Assembly (NCBI RefSeq): GCF_048593235.1
Contig: NC_133620.1
Coordinates: 29,173,772-29,237,771 of the forward strand
Source: Sminthopsis crassicaudata
Lineage: Eukaryota
Direction of reading: 5' to 3'
Length of the DNA stretch: 64,000 nt
Part shown: positions 41,822 to 57,146 of the stretch, one piece after another
Numbering within the stretch: the first letter of the stretch is position 1
How the letters are laid out: each line of letters begins with the position of its first letter
Made by a program: the position numbers and the translations under genes
The notes under the pieces: model-generated
The model's input: only the letters and a program-made list of their open reading frames with translations
The model's database searches: none
Told to the model about the DNA's origin: nothing

Positions 41822-44800
41822 ATGACTGTGTCCTACACTCTCCGCGTGGCCAATGCCCGCTTCGGGGGCTTTTCGGCCCTCCTGTTCCGCTGGCGGGGAA
41901 GCATTTACAAGTTGCTGTACAAGGAGCTTCTGGTGTTCCTGGGTCTCTATGCACTCCTCAGCCTCACTTACCGGTGGGGTCTTGGTGTGGGGGGAGGTGC
42001 AGGGGTGGGACCCGTAGAAGCTCCTCTAGGGATTAAGGGGGGCTGAAGAGAAGGGGGGGAGTCTCTGTAGAGAAGGGCACTTGGGGCCGTTTGGGGAGAT
42101 GGGGGGGAGGAGCTCGGGGAGCTGGCCACACACAGGAACTCCATGGGGTGGGGAGCTGCGTTGGGACACTGGGATCTCCAGAGGCCTCAGGAGGGATGGA
42201 GAACGTGGGCTCAGGATTCAGGGGGATGTCGGGGTCCCGGCTCTTTCTCTAGCCGGAAAGGTTCTGGGGAGTCCTCCCCTTCTCCCCTCCCCTCCGTCCC
42301 ATCTCTCCCCCTAACCGGTTGTCACTCAGGAATCTGCTGTCCCAGGAACAGAAGCGCATCTATGCCCAAGTGGCCCGGTACTGCAACCGCTCCGCCGACC
42401 TCATCCCCATGTCCTTTGTTCTGGGTAAGGCCCAGCTTCCCCCACCTCCATCCAGACCCACCCTCCCTGCTGGGGGCCTCTCTGAACCCGGGCCCTTCAC
42501 CCGAGGGAATGCCACTTTGCCGTTAACCATTCCCCAGTCCGACCGAACCCCTGCAGGAGGAAGTGAGCGCCCCCCCCCCCCCCCCCCCCCGCCCCATAGT
42601 CAGTAGCCCAGGGGCAGAAAGAAGAAGCCGCCTCTCCCCATTCTCCCAGTTCCCTCGGGCCGCGCTCTCCAGTTCACAGAGAAGGGCGGGGCAGTGAGCC
42701 AGTCCCTGTCCATGGTGCTCCCCGCCCACGCCGGAGAACGAGGGGCCGGGACCCTTAGGCCTCCGAGACCTCGGACCCCCCCCCCCCGCCAGGACTCCTA
42801 GGGCTTCCCCGCCCCCCCCGGCCTGCCGGCCCAGCCCTGCCTGTCCCCCCCACCCCGCAGGGTTCTACGTGACTCTGGTGGTGAACCGCTGGTGGGCCCA
42901 GTACACGAGCATCCCGCTGCCGGACCGCCTCATGTGCGTGGTCTCGGCCACCGTGCACGGGGACGACGAGCGCGGACGCACGCTGCGCCGGACCCTGCTG
43001 CGCTACGCCAACCTGTCCTCCGTGCTGGTGCTGCGCTCGGTCAGCACGCGGGTGCTGCGGCGCTTCCCCAGCGTGGAGCACGTGGTGAAAGCAGGTGCCA
43101 GCCTGGCCCGGGGGTGGGGGTGGGGTGGTGGAGGAGGGCAGGGGCACCAGCCTCCTGGGGGGAGGGGCGGCCGAAAATCAAGGTCACCCTCCTGGGCAGC
43201 GACTCCCAGCTAAGTGGTTCCCCCTGGGGGAGGGGTGCCAGAGCGCCGCGGGATTCTTGGCACCAGCTCTCCGTGCCCCGGGGCGACTTCCCTTCCCTGG
43301 GTCTCCGTTTCCCCTCCTGTAGAAGGAGGGCATTGGGGGCCCTTTTAAGATCCTTCTCAGCTCTCGATGGAGGCTTCTGCCTTTGTTCACTCTATCACTC
43401 CCGCCCTCCCCTCACTCGAGGCACTTGGATCCAGTGGGAGGAAGTGGAGGGGGGGGAGTGGAGAGGAGCAAGAGGGGTGGGAGCTTAGGCCTGCGGGGGT
43501 CTCCAGAAGAGGCCGAAGGAGCCCATGGGATCTCCTCAGGCTTCATGTCCCAGGAGGAGAGGCAGAAGTTCGAGAGCCTGCACTCAGACTTCAACAAATA
43601 CTGGGTTCCTTGCGTCTGGTTCACCAACCTGGCTGCCCAGGCCCGAAGAGAGGGCAGAATCCGGGATGACATTGCCCTTGGGCTGCTCTTGGACGTGAGT
43701 GAGGCTCCATTTTGATGGATTCCTTGGCCCCGCCCTCTGGACCTCTCCCCTGCCCGCTGACTCCCCCTAGCCCCCCTCACTAGCTCTGTCCTCCTGGACT
43801 CACCCAGGTCTTCCATAAGCCTGCCCAAGGCTTTGCTGCCATGGTACCAACCTAGTGATCCGAAGTGTTTCCAGTCACATGTCACATGCCCCTAGGAGCC
43901 CTTGGACAGAGCCACCCACCCACCCTCCTGCCACTCCAGCTCACCCCCTCCTCCTCTGCCCTCCACCTAGGAGCTGAACCAATACCGAGGCAAGTGCAGC
44001 CTCCTTTTTCACTATGACTGGATCAGCATCCCTCTGGTTTACACTCAGGTAACACTACCACCCCCCCACCCCACCCCCCGGCAGTTTGAGAAGCAAGTTT
44101 TGGGTACCTGCGGGACGCAGATCTGAGTGAGGGTTAGGAGAATTGGCCCTTCCCTTCATTGTGAGATCCTGGCACAGACCCCTATGATATGCCTTCTGCC
44201 AAACGACAGCAGAGAGACGAGCAGGACAGCCTTGGTGGTTGGGAGAGATTGAGTCCTTTGTCAAGCCAGAAGATCAGGGTCATCTTCTTAGTATTTGAAG
44301 CAGGCCTTGAGGGATGGGCAGGCAAGATGGCAGAAACATGGGAAACTTATGTGGGCAGCAGTGGGGCAGGAAAGTGGGACATGGAAGAGCTGGAAAATAG
44401 CATGGTCCAAGGTCGGAGAGTGCCTTGTGTGCCAGTTACAATATACGAACTTGATTCCTTCCCTCAGAGGAGTGACCGGAGACTTTTGGGGCTACACTTG
44501 CTATCTCTCCCCTCCCCTTGGCCATCTCTCTGGCTCCCACCCAAGGTGCCCCTTCAGTCCCCTGCTATCCCAGCTCTGAGTCACCTTGCCAGGGCCCAGG
44601 CTATTCCTTCATAGCCCCACTCTTATTGCAATTCCTCCTGATCAGCCTCAAACAGATGCAATAGAATGACAGGCTCAGCAGTATTGGGAAGGGAAGGTTC
44701 TAAACTATTCCTTATGCCTTGCATACAGAAGGTATTTCATAAATGTTTGTCAGAATGAGGAAAGATTCCAGAAATATGACCCAGGGGTAGATCCTTGGGG

Positions 44801-47800
44801 GGAGGGTCAGTATTGAGGTGTATAGAAAGCATTTATGTGCACATGCCAGGTGACATGACAGCTACGCTATCAGAGCCCTAGAAGAAGTTCCCAGAAGCTA
44901 CCGGATCTCTAGGGACAAGGATCCATGATCCCATCCTCGGGGATCCTTCACAACACAAATGTACTTCTCTCCCCAGCCCTTTCATGGAGAGTCAGGAGAT
45001 CCAAGCGCTAGGCTCACTTCTGACAGAGATGCCACTAATCTTAAGCCTTGGCTGTGCAGCTTGAAAACTGGATAGTTATGTCTCCTAAGCTTCTGGGGAG
45101 TTCAAGGGACTCTCATTTAGCCAATACCTCCCAAGAAGCCTTGGGCATTCCCGACTTGTGGGCATTCGGAAGCTGCTTGCTGATCTTTGGAGATGGGGAA
45201 GTCAGCCCCTCTCAAAGCACTCCGGCTTGCCCTGAGGCAACTCATTGTTAGGAAGGACACCCAGCCCACCTCTACCTTTTTCTGTCTCCTTCCCACTGCT
45301 TTAACCTTGCTCCAGGTTCTGCCCCTTGGGGCCTAGCAGAAGCCTAATCTTCCCTCTGAGCCTGTTTCCTCTGGGGGAAATGAGAAGCCCTTCATTTCAC
45401 TTTGGAAATTAAAAAGCTGCTCATAAGGCAGAGTTTCCTCAAGTTCTTATCTACCCAGGGTCATCAACGCAGCAGGAGCCAGAACCAGGCCCAGAAACCC
45501 AGTTGCTGGACACTACAGCCAGCTTCCCCACCTCCTTTTCTCCCTGCCTCTACTCTGCCAGGTGGTGACCATTGCTGTCTACTCCTTCTTTGCCTTTTGC
45601 CTCATTGGACGTCAATTCTTGGAGGACCCTAAGGGTCCCTCGCCAGGCCAAGAGGTGCCACTCGGAGATCTGGATCTGTACGTGCCACTCACCACCCTTC
45701 TACAGTTCTTCTTCTATGCTGGCTGGCTTAAGGTGGGCGTCAAAAGGGCTGGGGGAGGGAAGCTGTGCCCAAGGGAGCCCTTTGGCCCTGAGGTTTGCCC
45801 TGGGTGAATCAGTGTGTGTCATGGGCAATAACCATTCCCCCCCCCCCCACTTCAGGTGGCTGAACAAATCATCAACCCCTTTGGAGAGGATGACGACGAC
45901 TTTGAGACTAACCAGCTCATTGATCGAAACCTGCAGGTGTGCCTTGAAGGAGCTCTCCAGGGTGCTGCCCATATTCCTGGGAAATGGCTGCATTCCCTGC
46001 TGTACAAAGCCTTGGGGAGCTTACATTCTGCTGGGGAGAGGGGACCACAGGGATTTGAAAAATCAGTCAGATAAGATGCAACTCACATTTACTGCTCTCT
46101 CGGGCAGTTCCTATGCTGCACTACACTGGGGCTGTGAGTGTGTAGTGGAGATTAAGCCAGGGTTCGGGCCAGGCCTCAAGGGGCAGTTCACAGAGATACA
46201 TTCCGTTGAGGGAGGCAGTAATTAGGGTCACAGAAGAGGTGGGAACTTGGGACACTGAGGGTTCAAGGCTGAGGGTGCGATTCGGTAGTTCCTTGGCTAG
46301 AAGCTTGCTGGACACCTTTATCTCATGACTGAGGTATTCCCACCAGCAACCCTCAGAAGTTGGCCAGGCAAGGATTCCTCTCCTTGTTTGACAAAAGAAG
46401 TGGTGGTTGTTGTTTGTCCTTCATTCTGGCAAAGGACCATGACATCCTGGAAGTGATGCTGTGACATGCAAGTAAATTGGATTGAAGTGAGGCAAGGCTG
46501 GGCAAGACCATCTGCCTCACTTTCTCCTCCAGAGCCCTCTGGGACCACTGGCTAGAGCCCAGGCCGATTGGGGATGGCTCTGGATGCAGTGGGAAATTTA
46601 AGGTCTTCAACAGGTTTGTTTGACTGAGGCTGCACCATTCAATGATTAAGGCTAGGTAGCGATTGAGGTAAAGAAGCTGCTCTTTCACCTAGTCCTACAC
46701 ACACATATCTGGGAGGGGAAGGCCTTCTGGCCAAAGCAGAAAGGACTGCTATTTACATTTAATCGGAGTCCATCAGGACCCAAATCGTGACCAAATGGAG
46801 CTTGGCCAAGGATCTATTAGATGGCCAAAAGAAGCAACTATCATGACAATTTTTCTTATCAGGCAGCTTTCTTAGAGACATTGGATGGCATAGCAAATAC
46901 TGTGCTAGATAGGAAGTGGGAAAGACCTGAGTTCAAATCCAATCTCAGACAAGTAGTTATGTGATTCTGGGATTTTGCCTCACTTTGCTCAAGTAAAATG
47001 GGATAATAATAGCACAGGTTGTTGTAAAAATAACTGACGTTGAAGGACAAAGGACCTGGCCAGGTCACAGTGAGCTTCAGCTCAAGGAAGGAGGCCTGGA
47101 GAGGGGCAATACACTGGATCTTATGGGTCCTAGTCTAAAAATAGGTAGAAACTGGGACAGTGTGGGGTGGTAGGAGAGGGAAGGTGTGGAAAGGTTTGTC
47201 TGAGAATCAGCCCCAAGTGCAATCTATAGCTGTAGGCCACAGCAGGACCAAAAGCTGGAGGCTCTCTAAGGAAGGCCACCCACCTGGGCTGTGGGGCTTC
47301 TGGCCAAGATCCAGATTCAGACCAGGCTCAGCCAGTCTCTGCTCAGAGGAGGCTGGGGACCTCTACTGGGGACTTCCTTCTATCAGTTCTGTCTAGGGCT
47401 CTCTGGACTGCCTCATTTATACAAGACTTGGAGATGGCTTCTGTCTCTGCTCCCATCAGGAGCCCGGGGAGGGTGGGGATGGAAAGTGCTCCCCAAACAC
47501 TGGCCCTAGGATTGTGCCTGTGGTCCCCACAGGTGTCCCTGCTGTCTGTGGATGACATGTATGGAGACTTACCACCCTTGAACCGAGACCGCTACTGGGG
47601 GGAGGCAGCGGCTCAGCCCCCCTATACAGTGGCTTCTGCAGCTGATAGCCTGCGCCCCACCTTCTTGGGTTCCACTTTTAACCTGAAGTTAGTACCCCAG
47701 GAGGAGGGCGGCTGTGGAGGGAGGGAAGGAAGGGATGTGGTCAGGGAAGCTGGAGGTCGAAAGAAGGGGTGCGGACGTGTGGGGGTGGGAGTGGCAGGAT

Positions 47801-48220
47801 GCTCAGAAAGGCTGATAAGGGACGGGGTCGGGGGCAATGGATGGCGGGCTGCTGTAGTCAGAACAAGTCGGCGCTCCATTGCCGCTTCTCCCCTCCCCCC
47901 ACTCCCCCAGTATGTTGGAAGAGCCGGCATTGGAAACGGAGAAGGAAGTTGGGGCTGCCTCGGGCTCTCCCAGCTCGGTGTGGGCACGGACGCCGCTGCT
48001 CGGCCGCTTCCTAGGAGCCTCCGCCCCATCTCCGGCCGTCAGCCTGCGAGCCTCCCGCCCCCGGACAGCCCAGGCCGGCACACCGGTGCCGGGCCGCCTG
48101 CGCCCTGGCCGTCTCCTGCCGGTGCCCGCAGCCCGCATAGACGAGGAGGCTCCGGAGGCCTTAAGCTCGGAGTCTAGCTCCCAGGAGGAGGATGAAGAGA
48201 AGGTCGCTCCTGGGAGCTAG
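41822..48220 (+). CDS. BEST4: Bestrophin-4, 9 coding exons, 476 aa, intact
   Basis: Exons: 41822-41973, 42330-42424, 42861-43094, 43540-43694, 43971-44048, 45562-45732, 45856-45936, 47533-47687, 47911-48220 (total 1431 nt). GT/AG throughout. MTVSYTL start, RFP motif, FGEDDDDFE Ca2+-clasp and BEST4-type TPLLGRFLG tail. AATAAA at 48347-48352. Confidence 0.96.
46300..47060. mobile_element. MIR/CORE-SINE fragments in BEST4 intron 7
   Basis: CORE motifs (gacctgagttcaaatcc...aaaatgggataataatagcac). Boundaries approximate. Confidence 0.6.
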
Positions 48221-49499
48221 GCCACGCCCACGCCTCCGCCTCCTCCCCACCGTCCTAGTCAAGCCCCCCAAACGCCAGAGCAGCCGCAGCCCCCTCGGAA
48301 TGGTACCGGCTGTGCTCCGAGTTTGCCTCGATAATCCGGGTATCTCAATAAAGGCTTCTTCACTTCCCACCAACGCCTTTGTGCGTGTGAGCACTGGGGG
48401 GTGGGGGAGCTTGCGTCGGGCAGCGGGTAGCCCTTTGAACCTAAGAGTACCCAGAGGGGATAGTGGGCAACTTGGGCAACCGCTTCTAACGCACCAGTAC
48501 ACTCCCAGAGCCTGGCCAGGGGAGCTTGACGGAGGGGGAGCCTCTTGTGGCAGTCAGAAGCAACGCTGTGACGGACATCACCTCGAACTCTCATTTTAGA
48601 GGCGCAAAGCTCAAAGAGGGGTCCCAAGTTATACTGAGCTGGAAGGAACGTTGGGGGTCACGGGTCCAAGCCCCTTAATCTGTACCCAAGGACTTGGCCA
48701 ATGCCACCCCCAGACCACCGAAGAGGGATGAAAGCCCAGACCTGGTGCTGCACCCCATGGCCACACTGGTGATAGTTGGGGGGTTCTGGGGTTGCCGAGG
48801 TGCAAGGACCCAGAGGCACTGGTAAACGACCAAAGATGAGCCTGAAAATGGACCTCAACAGCAGCAGGGAATTGGCAAACGCGAACGCGAGCTCAGTTTG
48901 GAGCCTGGTGACCTTGAGTGCCAGTGGGAGAAACAGGATGGACACATAACTCCGAGGCAGTCGTGCAGTAAGCGTTTATTATTCGACTGGCACGTCACAC
49001 CGGACATAACATGAGAAAGAGGGAAATCCCTTGTCCCAAACAGAAATCCATAGAAAATACAAGGAAATTTGGTTTTGGAGAGGGGGCCATCAAGAAGATT
49101 TTCATGTGCTCTTAAGTCTAACTAAAAGTTCCCAATCATTCACGGACCAATAAGGATTTCCCCCCCTTTTTTTGGATCTTCTGCAGCCTGCAAAACAGAT
49201 TTTATCCTTATTTGCAAACAAGGAAACTGAGACACAGCATTCAATTCAATTCAGCTCTAAGGTGGGTCAGCTCAACTAGTCAACAAGCATTCAAGTGTTA
49301 CTGGGACACCAGGAAAGGTACAAGGATGCACTGGGAAAAGACATAAGCCAAAAGACAATCCTTGTCCTCAATAAGCTTAATTTGAGGGATAGAAAACTAC
49401 ACTTAAGTGCTATCTCCAATCATTAGACCAGGAGTGGAATGAGCTTCCACATTCTTCAACTGGCTCCCCTACTATAGTAGAAGCAATGTTTGTGTGGGT

Positions 49500-51000
49500 G
49501 TACCCCAACTGCAGGATGCTGAAAGCAATCATCCACTTGATTAGCCTAAGTGAGGTGAGAATGAGATTGGAGTGGCTAACCTGATTAACTTATGTGAGAT
49601 AAGTGAGGGCACAGGACCACCACCCACTTGTAATTGATGAGCTTTCAATGGAATGAGGCAAACAAACCAATTCTAAAGGATAAATAGGAAATAAAAGGGA
49701 AGACCTTGGAATTGAGGGGTTGAGTATTCCTGTATTAAATGGGATTTTAGCAGGGAAGTCATGTTATTGGATAGGAGAGTATGTTTTGGAAGTCAAGATA
49801 GGGGACTAGATAATGAAAGGCTTTTAATACCAGAGAAGCTTAAATTCTAGAGATAGCCATTGGAGTTTCTTGGATGGGTGTGATAATCCCTTGCCTGGAG
49901 AGATTTGAGGCAGAAGTCCCTGATACATCCAGAGATGAAGAGGCAGTCTACAAGAGGGTGGTGGGAGATATTATAAAGGTAGAATTCACAGGCCCTGGAA
50001 ACAGAGTGGACATGATAGGAGAGTTGAGAATGGCTCCTAGGCTGTTGCTGAGGTAGTACAATGGACAGTGCTGGGCCTGGAGTAGGGACAGAAACAAGTC
50101 CAAGTACAACCCAAGACACAGAGTAGCTAGGTGACCCTGAGCTACTCAGATTATCTGCCTTAGCTTCCTCAATTGTAAAATAGGGATAAGATTACTTTAA
50201 TGGTCAAGTGAGGCATTAAAAAATGTGCTTAGCATTACAGGCAAATTTGGAAGTTTGGAAGGGTTTATTGAGAGAAAAGTTGTGTTTACAACATCCAGGT
50301 TAAGATATTTAAAAGGCAGTTGGGAGACACCTGCAGATTAAGTAGATGAGAATCACCATTGCAGCTGAACCCATGGGGACTCAAATCATGAAGTGAATTA
50401 GTGGGAAGAAGTGACCTGGATATGAATCCAGCACACTGTGATGTTAGGTAGAAAAGAACAAAGATGGTGCTCAAAAGAGTTGAGAAAAAAGGTAGGGATG
50501 GATGGTATTAAAGGCAGTAGAGGTCAAGAATAGGAATTGAGGCCTTTAGTTTAGGAGAGGGCAATTGTACTTAAAGGTCACAAGCCAGATTGTCCCAGGG
50601 TTAAGAGTGGAGAAAGATGGTGCCATCTATTATAGATGTCATAAATGATGCAAGAAATTCATTAAATTAGCAGAAAGATGGAGGGATCCCAGGAGGATAG
50701 GGGAGCCAGGAGCATGGTTCAGGTACCAAGGAAGGAGCTAGTAGATAAGGAGATTGAAGATAAGTGGGGAGGGCAATACAAGAGTCAGGTTGGAAGAATT
50801 AGGGGGTAAGGAAAATGGTAGAAGGAAAAGGCTAAGGACAGAACAAGGGAGGATAGGATGACTGTACCAAGATGGTGGCAGGGATGAATTTGGGATATGT
50901 TGGTGGAATCCAGAGGCCTTCACCAATGAAGCGGGAGGAGGATCTTTGTGTTGTGTCAAGAAGGACATCCAGGTTGCTAAGAGAACTGGATGAGCCCCAA
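49500..51000. mobile_element. Degraded L2-like and MIR fragments between BEST4 and RPS8
   Basis: Purine-rich plus strand with L2-like phrases (gagatttgaggcagaag, gaatcaccattgcagctgaacccatgg). Low specificity. Confidence 0.45.
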
Positions 51001-51472
51001 AGTTAAGAAGGTGAGGTCAGGGATGGATAAGACATTTGGGTTCAATTTACCTCATGCCAGACTACCCAGACTACATAGCTGCATTTGCCCATTAGGAGAG
51101 ATGTCTGGTACTCCTCACCAGAGGCAGTGAACCAGCTATCAGTCTCCTCCTGAAGCACCCCTCCGCAAGCTGTTGCCCCTGTCCACTGTCCAGATGTACC
51201 CCCTAGTCCATGAGGGGCAGCCTACGAAGCAGGTTGGCCCTTCTGAAAGGAGGGAAATTCCTGTTGCATTGTGATGAGGCCCAGCGGGCCACAGGGAGAG
51301 CCAGTGGGTCACTTAACAATGCGGAGTCCAAAGAATGCAGCAGTACAGTGGCGTGAATGTAGGGGATACTGATTCTAGAGCCTCTGGCTCCCCCTCCCCC
51401 ATTCCCCAGCAATGAGCACAGACAAAAGCTAACCAATCTGGGGTTTTATTTAGTCAATGTCCATGTTAGAGT

Positions 51473-53528
<2,056 letters not shown>

Positions 53529-53544
53529 GGTCGGCGCGAGCTGC

Positions 53545-53790
53545 AAAGAGGAAGAGCAGAGGCTCACGGGCTGGCTTGTAAAGGGGGAGGGCTGAGTACC
53601 TTAGCGTCACTTCCGGGCGCCGGGACGTGACGTCAAGAAAGCGCGCCCGGCCGAGACGAACCCGGGGCGAGAGGTGGGGTCACGTGTGCCGAAGGCGGAG
53701 CCTCGATTAGAACTACGGCCCGGGTTCGCGCAGGTCTCCTGGAGCGCCTGACTTTTGGTCTTCCATTCTCCGTGCCTGCCGCCATTTTAT
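53545..53790 (-). promoter_or_regulatory. RPS8 promoter with 5' TOP tract
   Basis: CTCTTCCTCTTT (53556-53545) just upstream of the ATG. ETS site CCGGAAGTG (53616-53608), palindromic CRE TGACGTCA (53628-53635), YY1-like CCGCCATTTT (53779-53788). Confidence 0.85.
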
Positions 53791-55209
53791 TGATGACGGA
53801 GGGGTGATAGTAACGCCTGCCAGGTGCCAGGCTCTGGCCTAGGCGCCTCACATCAGGCCTGGGCCGGAAAGTGGTATTTGCAGATGAGGAAAGTGAGACG
53901 GAAGGCGGAGGTTCCAAGGCTGATAAGTGTCGGAGTTAGGACGTACACACACGCTACCTGGCACTCGATAACTGCCACTGCTTCCCAGACTGAGCCCAGA
54001 GGCCCGGGCGAAGCCCCGTTCGCGTCTGTGGGGCGGGCGCAATCCTCCCTCTCCAGCTTTCTGCCCCAGCAGCGTGGGCGCAGGCCGCTAGAGGGCGCTG
54101 AAGTCAGGATCAGAGTTCAAATGCTACCTCGCTGTGTGCCCGCGCCAGCCGCCCCCCAAAATAAATAAATAAATGCTGGATAGGACTTAGTGACTGACTT
54201 GGAGGGGGGTGAGTGGGAAGACATGAAACAATCGGTCTTCCTCGCGGACCCCCGCATCAGCTGTTTCTGGCTGGGATGGGGGAGGGGTCCCGGCTCTCAC
54301 GACCCAGTGTTGGGGGCGTCACAACCCTAGGATAGGAGACTGCAAGGGCAGGGTTCGCCCTTGTTGGCGTGGAAGCTGGAAGCCGATTCTAGAAGTCTTG
54401 GTCTTGGGACGAAGCCCCCCGCTGTGGGCTGGGGCGGCCGGACCCGGCCTCGGACACCTCTCGGCTTCCCGAGGGAGCTCAGTCTGGGCAGTGTGTGAAG
54501 ACTGAATGGAAAGGGGGCTGGGGACGGGAGGGGAGCGGGAGGGGGGAGGGGGGGGGTCAAGATCCAAGTCTCGGGCTGCAGCAGCGAGGAGGGGAGGGTT
54601 TCTGCTCCGGGGCGGGCGGGAGACTGGCCTTGAATTCTCGGGTCCTGGCGAGAAAGGGAGAAGATAGGAATGACGGTCTTTGCTCGAGCGGAACGCGGGC
54701 CCAGACTCTTAGAACGGGCGGGTTCTTACAACTTTTCAGGCTGTCTGCCGGCAAATCTGGAGCAGCCACAGGATGGAAAAATCAGTTCCATGTCGTAGGA
54801 GAGGCAGGGACGGAGAAGGGGAGATCGAGCTTCCCGTCCTCCCCGCATTAGCCGCGGGGCCCGGGGGAGCGCCGTCTGGGGAGTGGAGGCCGGCCCGCTC
54901 CGCCTCTGGCGCCGGGAAGTAAACTTACTGGTGGTGTAAGGATTTTTGCACATTTAAATAATGGAGGTTAAATATGGAGATGGATCTAGGTAGAGCTCGT
55001 CTTTGCCCCTTTTTCAGGTGTGATCTTAATACAAATGGGTAATATCTAAAAATAAAACAAGGGGTGAGAGGATTGTGCTGGGAGAAAGGGAAGGGAGAAG
55101 TGGGAGGGTGACCGGAGGGAGGGCGGGATCAGAAACCACTTTTGGGGAGGGACAGGGTGAAAGGAGAGAGAGAATAGTAAGCAATAGTAATTAGGAAAAG
55201 GATTTTGAA

Positions 55210-56240
55210 GCAAATTTCTCTGCCGAAGGCCTCCTTTCTCAAATGTATAGAGAACGGAATCAAATTAATAAAAAAAATAGCCATTCTCCAATGATAAATG
55301 AGCAACAGATATTAGCTCTGCCAAAGAATCATACAATATGCATATCCTTCGACCAAACGCCACCACTAAGGATGAATCCAAAGAGAGACTAAAAAAATAT
55401 TTACAGCAGCTCTTTTCTCAGGCAAAGACTTGAGGGGATGTCCATTGATTGGGCAAGGCTTAAATAAAATTGTGGTGTGTAATTGTGATGGAATACTATT
55501 CTATAAGAAGTGGTGAACAGCTAAATCACCATTGAGCAGAGAAATGCAAATTAAGGCAGCTCTGAGGCACCACTACACACCTCTCAAGCTGACTAAGATG
55601 ACAGGAACAAACAATGATGAATGTTGGAGGGGCTGTGGGAAAACTGGGACACTGATGCATTGTTGGTGGAGTTGTGAAAGGATCCAACCATTCTGGAGAG
55701 CGATTTGGAACTATGCCCAAAGGGCTATCAATCTGTGCATCCCCTATGATCCAGCAGTGTTTCTTCTGGGCTTATACCTCGGAGAAATCTTAGAGGGAAA
55801 GGGACCCACGTGTGCAGAAATGTTTGTGGCAGCCCTCTTTGTAGTGGCCAGAAACCTGGAAATCAGTGGAGAATGGCTGAATAAGTTCTGGTATATGAAA
55901 GTAATGGAATATTATTGTTCTATGAGAAATGATCAGCAGGAGGATTTCAGAGAGACTGACAGGAATTGATGCTGAGGGAAGTGAGCAGAGCAACATCAAT
56001 ATTATACAATAATCAATTCTGATGGGCGTGGCTCTTTTTTCCAACAATGAGATGATTCAGGCCAGTTCCAATGACCTTGTGATGGAGAGAGCCATCTGCC
56101 TGCAGGAGGACCGTGGGAACTGAGTGTGGACCACAACATAGCGTTTTCACCTTTTGTGTTATGCTTGCTTCCCCACCACCTCCCTCATTTTTTTCCCTTT
56201 GGGATCCGGTTTTTCATGTGCAACAATGGTAATTGTGGGA
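55210..56240 (+). mobile_element. L1 3' fragments
   Basis: ORF 55532-55969 translates to the L1 ORF2 tail (TKMTGTNNDECWRGCGKTGTLMHCWW...FVAALFVVARN). Confidence 0.88.
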
Positions 56241-56589
56241 ATTGGATAAGTGAGGTGGAATAGTGCCAAGCCATCAGCCTCATTTTTTCCTTGGTCCCAT
56301 TAATCTGGTGGCTGGACAAGTCAGGGCAGACAGCGATGGCCCAGAGTGCAGACTTCAATGTCTGACCCAGCTCTGAGTGCCGCCTCCTGGCTGTTGGAAC
56401 AAGAAGTCTTCACAAACCTGGGGTAGCTGCCCCCTCGGACAAGTGGCTGAGCCCCCGTGCTGACAGGTTTATGGGGGTGCTGCATCTTCTTGTGGGAGGC
56501 AGAGCGGGGAGCGTACACAGGCAGCTCCAGGAAATTCAGGGACCCGTCTGGGGCCTCCTGGCAACAAGCCTCACCCTGGAAGGGGATCC

Positions 56590-57005
56590 ATTATGGGCCA
56601 GAACTCTGAACTTGAAACAAGGGATGCTTACAAGGTAAAAAGGCTTGAGATGTGGTACTGCCAGATGGAATTGAGGAGACAATGGTTATCTAGTTCAGTA
56701 TGTTTGATTTAATCCTACAACAAATAATGATTCCCTAGCGATAGAATGATTGGTGTATACTCAGGAGAGAGCAGATAGGCTGGGAGCCTCAGCCAGGATT
56801 CATTTGAAGAGATTCGGAGGGCAGAGAAGGCAGGCGAGAGCTCGAGCTCGCCAAACCAAGGAGAGAGGCCTCTAAGAAGCTGACCGGGCCCCAGGAAAGG
56901 AGACAAGACTTGGACACAATTAAGACTTTTGGACTTAACATCTGGCTGTTCTTGTGATTACTGAATTCCAGAGACCCCAAGGAAACCCAAACAGAGAACA
57001 TTACC
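56590..57005 (+). mobile_element. Probable solo LTR (~416 bp)
   Basis: Flanked by GATCC at 56585-56589 and 57006-57010. LTR-like internal content, but the termini are non-canonical (AT...CC). Confidence 0.55.
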
Positions 57006-57140
57006 GATCCCTACTAAGGATTCTGCCTCTCCACCTGCCCAACAGCTGCTACCCCACTCCCCATGACCTCGGGGAACTCCAGCGTGACCCCCTCCCCTCA
57101 TTTCCACAGAACAAAGAGGCCAGCGATTCCATTCTCTTCC

Positions 57141-57146
57141 TTTATT
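57141..57146 (-). terminator. KIF2C distal poly(A) signal
   Basis: Minus-strand AATAAA ~540 nt after the stop codon. Confidence 0.65.

Noticed and set aside
42570-42590. Long C homopolymers (also 52316-52338) as functional elements
   Set aside because: They are intronic, and their length is unreliable in assemblies.
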